Assembly: GCF_964355755.1 (NCBI RefSeq)
Contig: NC_092676.1
Location: 4,937,888 to 5,001,887 of the forward strand
From: Antedon mediterranea
Taxonomy: Eukaryota; Animalia; Echinodermata
Direction: 5' to 3'
Length of the DNA stretch: 64,000 nucleotides
Below the pieces are notes generated by a model. The model made no database searches. It was not told where the DNA came from and was given only the letters and a program-made list of their open reading frames with translations. Below, piece after piece: positions 37,301-49,400 of this stretch. How positions within the stretch are numbered: position 1 is the stretch's first letter; every line of letters starts with the position of its first letter. A program made the position numbers and the translations under genes.

Positions 37301-39972
37301 GAGCATGTCAAAAATTCCCACGCGCGCGAAACTTTTTACGCACGCGGTTCACACGTAGCGTTAAAAACATATTTTTTTCGCGTGATTTATGTTTTTTCAG
37401 CCTTTTATAGTAATGTTACCAACTTTTAAACAATTTCGACTTAAAATTACGTCATACGAGCACGTCGAATTAAATAATTTGCACGCGTTTCTGGTGAAAA
37501 AGTTCAAAAATTCGTCAAAATTATGCCTATTTTTAAACAGTCATAGATTCTAAACTACATGGAGAACTTTTTTTTAATTACATATTCTGGAAGTTGATGA
37601 GTTGTAGATATCGAATCATGCATTAATATGGCTAACCGGACATTGTGCCATCATCGTATGGCCACGCGAATATAAAATATAGGATTTTTGTCTCTTTCGT
37701 CATAGCTCATCACATTTAATAGAGCGCATCTCCACTTATTCGTTGTCCATTTTCAGCCCGATTTTAATATATTCTAGGACAATCAACTATCTTTTGCATG
37801 AATTAAAATTTTTTTAATTTTTTTAACGTCATCATGCCTAAAAATTTAAATTACATTGGTCATTAATTTCATCTTTACAGTAAATTTTAATCTGTTATAG
37901 CTCGTAAGAATAAAATGTGATAATCACGATTAAAACGTTTTCAGGAAGCTATTGTATTGTAGATACAAAATCATGTGAAAATTTTGCCAATCGAATGTTG
38001 TGACGTCATCATATGGCCAGTTAAATACAAAAAGTCGTATTTTCATCTTTTGCGTTATATTTCATTACATTTAAAAGAGCGCGCATCAATATTTCACGTA
38101 TTCAAATTTCTTCTACACGTTAATATGTTGTTGCTGAGATAATTTCATTCTGAAATTTCTACTTTTGCATTTCATTTAAAAACCGTCAAGATGTCAAAAA
38201 TTACAATAAAATACGGGTCCCGTAATTTCACCTATTTTACACTGTTTGTGATATGTATACAGATTGTACTGTGTATACTATGTATATGACACAAAATAAC
38301 AGAATTCAGAAATAACAACATATCATATTCTTCAGTTCAGGTCATAATGCCTTAATATTTTTCTGTGTGCAATATTCTAACGTATGACGTGCATGTGGCG
38401 TTTGTCGAGCGGATAACTAACTCGTCAAAGTGACGAGTTTCATGTCTAGTTCTTCTTTCCATCCTTCCTTTTTGTGGATCGCGTTTCTCTAAAATGTGTA
38501 AACATAACATTTCATAACTTTGACAACATATGGGTATTTACGTGAAGTTGTGCACCTCCTATTTTTGAATGACGTCATAGTTGCGCAACGTAACTTACGC
38601 GCAATTTTATGAATTTCAATGATTGATCATAGATTAAAAACTAAAAGTCATTTAGTATTGACACTTTGACAAAATTTAAGTCATATCAGGGGCAAACTTT
38701 CTAAGGATTAAAAATGGCATGTTTCACAAGAAGTTACGCGCGCACGCGCATTTAAAATTTCAAAATGCGCAAAATTAATTTCTAATCAACTTTTTATGCG
38801 TTTCTTGTCATTTTGAGCATGTCAAAAATTCCCACGGGCGCGCAATTTTTTACGCACGCGGTGCGCACGTAGCGTTAAAAACATATTTTTTTCCCTTGAA
38901 TCATATTTTTCAAGCCTTTCCTAGTAATTTTGAAAACAATTTAGACCTTTTCAAATTTAAATAACGCCATACGAACACGTTGAATTAAACATTTCATGCG
39001 CGTTTTTTATGAAAAAGCTTAAAAAATCGTCAAAATTATGTCTTTTTTTAAACAGTCATAGTTTCTAAAGTAAACCGTGAACCGTTTATTTTTATTACAA
39101 AATCTAGAAGTTGATGAGTTGTAGATATCGGATCATGCATCGATAAGGCTAAAAAAACATTGTGACGTCATCGTATGGCCACACGAATGTAAAATATAGG
39201 ATTTTTGTCTCTTTCGTTATTGCTCATCACATTCAATGGAGCGCATCACGCTTATCTGTATTCCTTTTTCTCCTACATTTATATATTGTGTAGGTCAATC
39301 AACTTTCTTTAGCATGAGATAAAAATATTTTAATTTTTATGACGTCATCATGCCAAAAAATTTTAATTACGTGGGTCATTAATTTCATCTTTACAGTAAA
39401 TTTTAATCTGTAATAGCTCGTAAGAATAAAATGTGATAATCACGATTAAAACGTTTTATGGAAGCTATTGGATTGTAGATACGAATTCATGTAAACATTT
39501 TGCCAATCGGATGTTGTGACGTCATCATATGGCCAGTTGAATAAAAAAAGTCGTATTTTCATATTTTGCGTAATAGTTCATCACATTTAAAAGGGTGCGC
39601 ATCTATATTTTACGTATTCAAATTTCTTCTACACGTTAATATGTTGTTCCTGAGATAATTTCCTTCTGAAATTGCTATCTAAGTGTTTCATTTTGATACC
39701 GTCGCCATGTTAAAAATTGGAATAAATGGCGGGTCCCGTAATTTCACCTATTCTACACTGCATGTAATATGTATACAGATTATACTGTTTGCATGTATAC
39801 TATATGACACAAAATTGAAAGAATTCAGCACTAACAGCATATCATATTCTTCAGTTCTTGTCATAATGCCATAATCTTTACCTGTGTGCAATATTCCAAC
39901 GTAAGACGTGCACGTGGCGTTTGTCGTGGTGCGGATAACTAACTCGTCAAAGTGACGAGTTTCATGTCTAGT
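34342..39972 (+). mobile_element. Four nested non-autonomous Helentron/Helitron2-like elements
   Basis: Four 5' hairpin ends (GTTATCCGC...GCGGATAAC) at 34342, 34416, 34482, 34543, then four related 1.2-1.5 kb bodies. Each body ends GCGGATAAC + stem-loop AACTCGTC-N5/6-GACGAGTT + CTAGT, at 35763, 36926, 38450, 39972. Insertions are in T-runs with no TSD. Confidence 0.8.
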
Positions 39973-40029
39973 TCTGATTTAGTCTATAAACGATGGCCAA
40001 CGGAGACATTTATATATATATATATATAT

Positions 40030-40066
40030 GCACTGATGAAGGGCTAGTGTTGCCCGAAAGCTCTGC
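40030..40066 (+). ncRNA. Minimal type I hammerhead-ribozyme-like motif (Penelope-type)
   Basis: GCA CTGATGA A GGGC tagtgtt GCCC GAAA GC TC TGC: core CUGAUGA/GAAA, 4-bp stem II, palindromic AGCU stem III, CUC cleavage triplet, 3-bp stem I. Confidence 0.6.
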
Positions 40067-40137
40067 TAACTTTTCTGGCTGTTTACAAAAAGCGAAAAGC
40101 TATATCAAAACGATAAAATAAACAGCCAGAAAAGTTA

Positions 40138-40169
40138 GCAGAGCTTTCTGGCAACCCTAGCCCTTCATC

Positions 40170-40174
<5 letters not shown>
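40138..40174 (-). ncRNA. Second (inverted) minimal hammerhead-ribozyme-like motif
   Basis: The reverse complement reads GCA CTGATGA AGGGC tagggtt GCCA GAAA GC TC TGC; it is the other arm of a near-perfect inverted repeat at 40003-40207. Confidence 0.5.
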
Positions 40175-40201
<27 letters not shown>

Positions 40202-40469
40202 TGTCTCATTGTGTAATGTGGTCCAAACGACCAGTTTTGTTTCTTGTCTTATGTGCGGAAACATTACTAAATATATATAAAAGCAAGGGAGTAGGCTGGG
40301 AAGAGCTGGGAGATGCGTGAGGTGCGGACGACGAGGGCGAGCACGCATAATAGACGCACTCTATGAATAAAGTGAAATACTATTTCTACGCTAAAGTTCA
40401 TTAGGAATGCATGAGATGCCCTCTAATGAACAAAGTCTGCCATTAAGACTTATGTTTTTACTACTAACC

Positions 40470-43400
40470 CTACGCATAGAAACCCATTAGAAACACTCCG
40501 ACACCCATCACAATGACAGCGTTTACTAGAGAAAACTTTTTCCAAAAAGGATCCTCCTCGATGGATGTCAACAAGGCTTCGTCCTTTTGGGTCGAGTCTT
40601 TGGACGAGTCCGAAAATCCACAAAACCAACGCCATGTTCTGGTCAGAAATTGTACTTCTGAATCTTCTGCTTCTGCGTGAAAATGAGAATACACGTGATA
40701 TATTATTGATTCTTATATTTACTTATTGAATGGCAAGAGAAAACCATTCTTATCCATGGAAGAGTGAAATTAATCCGAGAAAACAAAGATTGATTTGCTC
40801 AGAATACATTTTAAAAATATTTAGTAATGTTTCCGCACATAAGACAAGAAACAAAACTGGTCGTTTGGATCACATTACACAATCAGCCGGTTTTCGCGAA
40901 TGATGGAAATTACCATCGCTGTTGAGGAGACGCTGAGAAACTGTATTTTAGAAAAGTAGGAGAATGGCGGCAAAAGAACCCTCGTGATACACAAGGAGCA
41001 AGCAGGATTGACAAATTCAAGGGACGAAAGCTTAAATTAAAATTACTTGGAATTACTATACTGTAAAATACCTTCTCCTGATTTTTCTTGATTGTTTTCT
41101 TCGAGAGCCGGAGTTTCCATTTCTACCTCGTCCTGGTTATTCAACCGGTCGTCGGACCTTTTATAACGAGTTGCCCAAGTCTTTCCAATCACCTAAGAGA
41201 TAACGAATTTTTTTAACGAGGATGACCATTTTACAAACTAATTAATGTTTAAACTTCATAAATTGAAAAAAATGTTTTTTTTATATGTTGACACTTTCTA
41301 AAACCCTGTATACACTATTAAACATTATGTGACAAAAATGTGATGTGCCCATATATGGACATGATGATGTTATATCACCACCATATTTAAGCATATTATC
41401 ACTACCATATTTTCGTCAAACTAGTTTGATAGTGCAGATAGAGCTTAACAGGAAGATTATAAAATGACGGAAATGTACTACAACATCCGTTAAAGAAAAA
41501 AAGAACACCATACGAAAGTTTGTTTTACGGAAAGTTGAAAGTACGGTCAGAGATAAAAACACCAATGTATTTTGTATATAACTCGTAACGAGAAGATAGA
41601 CAACTTGTTACAGCAGCAGGTTAGGCCTGTACGCTGAGTCGTAAATTTGGTGTTTTTTTCTGGACGTCTTGGGCAGAACTCATGAAAAATTCATGAGATT
41701 AATCATTGCATAAATTAGGACAGGGGCGCATGCGATATTTCTTTTCGTACATAAGCTGGGGACCCTTCATGAAACGTCACAAAATAAACATGAATATTCA
41801 ATAGTCATTATGGTGTGACGTAAGAATAATTTATCTAACTACAATTCACTAATGCAATCTCTATCCGTCGAGCCGTCTGTGTAGTCGAGTGGATAAGACT
41901 ATAGACTTTACATGTCTATGTATGGGGTTCGAATCCCATGAGCAACTTCTTTTTACTATATAGTGAGAGAGAGAGATTATTTAGATGGTTAGGTTTAGTC
42001 ATATTCAGGAAGTAGTTTGGCTATCTTTCACAAAAGGTGTCCCCAACTTATGTACGAAAAATAAAATCGCGGGCCGGGCCGCATTACAAGCATGGACACG
42101 CAACACATCGACATCTTTAAAGTGTTTTGTTTAAACTGCCTAGTTAATACTTACTATTGATTTAAGTCGGCTATCTTGTAACTTACGTAATCTGTGTTTA
42201 TTTTTTAGTCTTAAGGCTAACTCAGACAGCGTAGTACGCGACTAGGCCCGACGAGCCCGTCTTGTCTGGACTTGACTCGTACGTGCTGTTGAATCCAGAC
42301 GAGACGGGTCATCGTGAGATAGCGTCGGGGGTAGTTTTTAAGTCGTCGGGAGAACTTTAAACATGTTTATTTTTTTCTCGACGAGACGACTCGTTTGCTG
42401 GGTGATGACCAATCACAAGCGTTTAAATTATGACGGCAGGTCACAAGGGGAAAAGTTTTGATCGAGCGCGAACAAAGAAGTAGCTATGTAATTGTTCTAA
42501 AAGAAAAAAACTTACGTAAGTTTCAGGCAGAGGTTTAGTCAATAAACTAATGACAATGGTACAGATGATAGACACGGCTCCTACGAGGCAGTTGTAGTAG
42601 AGGTAATGTATCTGGTAAACGATCGTTGGTCGGATGTCGACCTCTCCACATAGAGGCACTGGGTACACAATGTCCAGAACCATTCGTGTCACACCCATTG
42701 CGATTCCGATGACCAAACCCCAGAAAGCTCCCTAGAAATAAATTATTATCTTCCTCACTCATTTCATTATTGCATTATTTATTCGGTCTATTTCAGTATA
42801 TACATAACAACAAAAAACTTAAATTGGGGAGACCAGGGTCAACCTAAGTGAACTTAATCACTGTAGCTGAGCCGGTTGACCCAACCCCAACGTCAGTAAG
42901 ATATTGTCACCGTCATTAACATCGTTAAATTTTACAGTAGACCACCTCTTATTCAGGACCAAATTAAGAGGGTCCCCTGAAGAGGTATCTGTAGTGTTAA
43001 AACATACATGTATTATTGTCCCGCGTTCGTTTCACGGGAAGTGACTAAGGCTATAAATAAGGTATTTTTAATAGGTTTAGGAAAAATGCAAAATACATTT
43101 TTATGACTGTAACTTTCTGCAATTGATAGTTTTATTGTTATGTGAAACGTGTTGGCCTTCCAAAAAATTGCAATTTTTTTGTGACCTAGGTCAACGGTCA
43201 ATTCAGTGACCCCAAAAAGTTAACTGGCGTCCTGGGACAGTAAATTTCCCCTTACGGGATATGGGCCACGTCTTCAAAGGGTAGGGGTGTCCCAACGGAG
43301 AAATAATACACGAGCATTGTTAGTTTAGGTTCTAGTCGAAGTTTTGACTTAATATTAGTAAAAAGACAAATATTTTGGCACATATGGCGTTTCATACTTG

Positions 43401-46400
43401 AGCTTGTAAACTGTAGTTTTCAGCAGACAAACATCGAAAAGAAAGCCGACTGGTGGACTAACATATTAAAGGAACAATAACAAACTTGGGGCTAGAGCAT
43501 TGTGTATATAACTTATAATAATCACCATTTCCGAATGCTGTATTTTTAAAAGTGAAAGCCAACAAGAACCCCTACGGGTGCTAAGGTTCACATGCATGAT
43601 TGTTAATTAAGCAAAATAATAAATCCGTAAACACACAAAAAAGCTAATGCGCACTCCTCTACCAAAGATGAATGCTTTAAAGTGGCATTGAATGCCTTAA
43701 TTTGCAGCAAACGTTATTCAGAGATTAAAATGAAACATACATACTTTCTCGTTCGTACGATGCCATAACACACCCATGACGAACGCTGTGAATATGGGGG
43801 GAGCAAAGTAAGACTGCAACGACTGGATGTAAACGAACAGCTGTCCACCTTGGTAGGCCTGTACAACTGGTATCCATAGAATACTAATCGCCAGCAAAAA
43901 TACGATGAAGAGCCTGTGGAAAATGTAGAATATTATAGTGCATATCAAGGTAATCTAATCGCCAGCAAAAATACGATGAAGAGCCTGTGGAAAATGTAGA
44001 ATATTATAGTGCATATCAAGGTAATCTAATCGCCAGCAAAAATACGATGAAGAGCCTGTGGAAAATGTAGACTATTATAGTGCATATCAAGGTAATCTAA
44101 CAACAGGACGATGAGGTCGCCTAGACAAGATAGGGACTCGTACCAGTCATTTGATCTTATTACCATGCCAACAGTACTGTATGTACATATATAGGCTTTT
44201 CTCCGCGGCGTGCGAGGTGTCTGTGCTAAAGCGTGTTTCCCACTAGAACGCAACGCAGCGACGTATTGACGCAAAGTGATGTATTGCGTAAAGGTTGGTT
44301 CTAAAGCTTGGTTCCCACTATAACGTAACGCAAGGACGTAAACGCAACGCAAGTGTTTTAACGAATGACAAGCGAAGTTATAGACAGTTAGCAATCACAA
44401 GCTAATAAGCCATCGCTTGTGATTGGTCATGTGTTGCGTCGCTAGTGGGAACCACGCTTAAATAGCGACGCAACGTAACGCAATCTACGCAACGTAAGAA
44501 AATGCCCTTCCAAAAACCTACCATCTTTGCAGCACTATTTCGTTGTCGGCTCCCACTTGTGATTACGCAATACAGCACTTTGCGTCGATACGTTGCTGCG
44601 TTGCGTTCTAGTGGGAACCACGCTTCTTAAATCACAAGTGGGAACCGACGACGTAATAGTGCTGCAAACATCGTAGGTTTGATTTCACGCAGGCGGGGGC
44701 AAACGCAATAATTGGAAGAGCATTTTCTTATGTTGCGTAGATTGCGTTACGTTGCGTCGCTAGAGGGAACCAAGCTTAAATTTCACTCTTGGTTGCGTTA
44801 TATCGCATTGTCGCACGTCATTACCACGACGATTTTACTATCCGAAATTTTCCAAAGAAAGCTTACCGTCCTGTTATCATGAGTTCCGTGTTACTGGCAT
44901 TTGGCCTTAAACGTCTCCAGATATCCATAGTAAAAATAGTGCTACCACTGTTAAAAATTGACGTCAGCGAGCTCATCAACGCTGCCATCATCACTGCCAC
45001 CATCAGACCTCTCGCACCTAAAAATAACTGCTTTTATCAAATACCGTAACGCACTTCTTGAAATGTCAACGCGTTGACAACAGCAATGTAGGATTTTTAC
45101 TAAATACTGTAGCATCAACTGTATATTCACAATAGTAGATGCTACACCAGATAGCGTGAATATAACTTCTTTCTTCCGTAAGCCCGGCCTCGACCGGAAT
45201 AAAGCTTGGTTCCCACTAGGACGCAACGCAAGTACGTAAATGCAACGCAAGCATGTTGACCAATGACAAGCGACAGTTCGAATAATCTATCGCTTGTGAT
45301 TGGTCACTTACGTTGCTTCTACGTCCTTGCGTTGCGTCCTAGTGGGAATCAAGCTTAGATGGTATCGTCTGACGACGATGGAACGTAACGCTACATTCAC
45401 ACTCGGTGCCGTTTTGGAAAAGTCATAATATAAAGAACTGATCGGCGCGCCGTCTTCTCGTGTTATATATTATGTAAGCTTGAATTTGACAAATCTCAAA
45501 GATGTATTGTATTTTATTAACAAAATTAATCACTTCCGTAGAAAAAAAAACCGAACAAAAAATGTTTTCAGCTATAAAATGACAAAATAAACATTTAAAA
45601 TCAACCAAAAAAAACATTGGCTGGCAGTCAATTTGACTATTTTTTGCTTTAAATTACAGTTTTTTTAGGAAAATATTTTTTTTTCGGTCCAATTTTTGGC
45701 CAAAGTGAATAAATATTATGCGACATTATAATTGCATATTCAACAAAAAAATGTAAAATTTTTTTTTTTAGGGGACAATACCCCTTTAATTCAATCCAGA
45801 AATAGGCCTAAGCACAAACCAAGGCAATCAAACATAGACATCTACGCTTGATTGATCTACCGTTGATCATTATTTTTATTCTCTGAGCCTATACTTACCG
45901 GTTGGCATTATTTCTAACACAAGTTTAGGATAAGCACTATTGGAACAGCTAACGGGATTTCCACAGGCAGCCATGCAATTATCCGGATCAACACAAGCTA
46001 TTTCATCTTTGAAACATAAACAAATGAAAACACAGTGTGAACGTATGCTTGCTTCTCAACAGACACGTATAACGTAACGTATAAGTGATTCGACCAATCA
46101 CAAGCGACGGATTATTCGAACTGTCGCTTGTCATTGGTATTATTTTCCAACACATAACAAGTTTATTTTACTAATAAACAAGAAATTTTTCTTAAAAAAA
46201 ACGCTGCTCGCTTATTGAAAAATATTTTTTATTTCAAATGTTTTTAAATGTGTCATTTTATTGTCACATAATAGATTTTACCTGAAAAAATGTAATTTAA
46301 AGCAACAAATACTTAAATTGTCTGTCAGACAATGGTTTTTGGGTTTCTTTTCATTTTTTATATGTGAATAAATATTACTTTTTTGTTACAGAAGTGAATA

Positions 46401-49400
46401 CTCAATTTCTGTCACTTTAGTTAATTTTATTGCTAAGGTCAAATCTGGGGGTCACTTCATCCCCCTAGATATTTCAATTGTGAATTGAATTGTATCCTAT
46501 TACAAACACAAACTTTAATGGACTGTTTCGATAATAATTCAATGAATATCTGACACTGACAGTGAATATAGGGATTTGTAATTTTAGCATGACATGTCCT
46601 AATAGACTCTTTCCCAGACGTTTTTTGGGTCTACTGAAGCAGCTGGAATCAATAAATCATAGTGGAGTTTCCATTTTCACAAAACTGTCTGTCCTTAGAA
46701 CTATAACTGCTGCTTGCTTTAGCTTCTGATTGAGTAGTCCTAATGGGACGTAGCGGGCTAGAGCAGCAGCGTGAAAAAGTAATCAATAACCTGATAAGAT
46801 TTGCCTTTTTCGCATATAAATAGAGAACTATAATTATTTTACTGTTACTATACTACTACTTAAATGTTATAATATTTACTATTTTCTATTACTGCACTTG
46901 GGCCAGTGGCCTACATACTATTAAATAAATGAATGAATGAATGAATTGGTGCGTTGATATGTAAACACAGTACTACGCGGAGGCTATACATGAAATGTTG
47001 CAATCCGTCCAATTATTATATATACACAAATGTGCAATAATAAATACCCTTTCACTCATCTTACCTGGAAACAAGACACGGCTAATCATTCCGGGTATAA
47101 CAATCATAAACATTGGTAGTATCTTCAGATAACTAGCCAGCACACTGCCTCCTTTAGCATGTGTTACGTTTTTAGCGGACAGAGCGCGCTGGACTATCAC
47201 CTGTATTGAAAAAATACTATTAGATTGTATGCCGGGAATTGGAGATGGGTCCCTGTGCTTCGGCGGGCATGCCAACAAACGACTTCTGTAGGCCAACATA
47301 ATTCCAGCCTACATAATTCCAGTTTTAAGTGTCTACTGTACCTGATCTGTGCACCAGTACCAAACACCAATAAACATGATTCCAACAATCGTGCCAGGCC
47401 ACGGTTGATCGGATTCGGTTGGATGACGTAACAAATGAAAGGCGTCTTCTCGAGGCATTCCGCACTCGAGCAACGTATCGTTGTACAGCGAGGCATTAGA
47501 CACAGCTTCGGGGTACCGTATTTGTAGCTCTTGATAGCCACCGACTTCGTTGTAACCTATGTCAAATAAAAAAAAAACCACAAGGTAGGCCTACTAAAAT
47601 GAATCTGTGTTAGAACATAGAGATATTACTCTATGGTTAGAAACTTGCTTTTATTGGCGTTCGATTACGGGGCGCCGTGTGCCACACTAAATTCACTACC
47701 CATTCTGTCTGACAAACAATTTGACTTTTACAAACGATGGTTTGTCTTTTACAAACCCTGGTTTGTAGAACACAATAGATAATATGTCAAACGGCGCCCC
47801 GTATTTAATAATGTAGATTGTTATATTTAATAACAACTTGCTTATAAATATTACTGTTTTAGTGAATATTGACAAAGTTTGGTTCCACGCAAGGACGCAA
47901 CGCAAGCGCACCGCAAATCATTTTGGATCGCAAATAGTGATGGATTATTCACCAACATTTTCAACTAGTTGTTGCGACTCGTCGTCTAAATAGACATGGG
48001 TGTGAAGTGTGAATAGACACTTACTGAGAATCATAAGCACGATACCACCAATGACCATGATGAACGATTGGAGGGTATCCGTGTAAATAACAGCAGCCAA
48101 TCCACCTGCAAAATGTAAACATAAAACTTTCATATTGGTATTCGACTTGTCCCTCGCAAATACGCAATGAGACACTTCTTATTATGTTTTTCAACTGTAC
48201 TGAATGTATGCAGAAGAACAAGTGAATTTGGATACGGGCGCAAACTTTTTGCGATATGTTTAAGGTCGCGAAATGCACCCCGTATTTTGTTTTGTTCATT
48301 GAGTAGCCTAACATTTTGATTTTCTTTCGCATAATCGTTTATTAAATAATAATGCTTATGGCAATGTGAGATATTTGTTGTTTACATCCGTTTGTTTCTT
48401 TTCCTATAATCTTTATCAATGATGTAATTGTAATGATAATATATAATAATACCGCATTGATTCCAAAAAGACTATTTTAGGCCACTTGGTTAAAGGGCCT
48501 TTCACACCTGCTCCGGCACGGTTCCGGTCCGGCGACGGCAAATCCAATCGAATGTCAATGTTTCGTTTTTACGCGGCTACGCGCATATCGATTTGGTGCT
48601 TGGCCGCGTGGAGCGTCGTGAAAACAAAACATTTGCGTTCGATTCGCCGGACCGTACGGAACCGTGCCGGAACAGGTGTGAAAGGCCCTTTATAAGGGTA
48701 TAATTACCGGTATACTGGAATGTTGTGACCACAATATGGCATATATTAGTTAGGTTATTCTCGGAAATGAAACACGCTCAATAGGATTATTATTATTTCT
48801 TGGCCAGGATTGAATAATTATAAAATCACTCAATAAACCACAGTTTTCGTTTTGCTTTTCGTTCATTTGTGGTGTCGAATAACGCGAAAATAATGCGAAT
48901 ATCCTGTCCTTAAATAAATACTGTTTTACTGATTACGTCACAGGTAAATATATGCCTAGAGATTGAGAGTGGGTGATGCAAGGCGCGTTCAAAAGTAAAC
49001 AGGCGAAAATTTGAAAATGTTTAAAGAATGTTCACGTAGGCCCCGCCCCACACTGCATTCCGGAGCTTATGGGGGCCCCTGAGCAGTGCCGAGAGGAAAA
49101 ACAGGCATCAAAATAATGTCAAAAAGGCTAAAAAGGCCCGAGGCCTCCAGGATTGGAGGGCCACAGAGAGTTCCAAAACCAGGGGTCTCAGGCATCTGTG
49201 TTACGCCACTGCTGTTTTAGGACTTACATTTTCCAGACATTGCGTACCGCCGCACGGGAACTAAACGACGAGTGTTTCCATTTTTCCGTAAACTAAAAGC
49301 TATGAAACGTCATGTGTGCCAAAATGCTTGCACATTCACGACTTACCGGTAATAGCATAAATTGATGTTATTCCTAGGAGTATACCAATGGAGACATAGA

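Noticed and set aside
34543-39972. Simple head-to-tail tandem duplication or assembly artefact
   Set aside because: The bodies are clearly diverged and of two lengths, and all four 5' ends are stacked at the left, which fits nesting.
41872-41950. Functional tRNA gene (also 845-920)
   Set aside because: A and B boxes are present, but acceptor and anticodon stems do not pair; treated as SINE heads.
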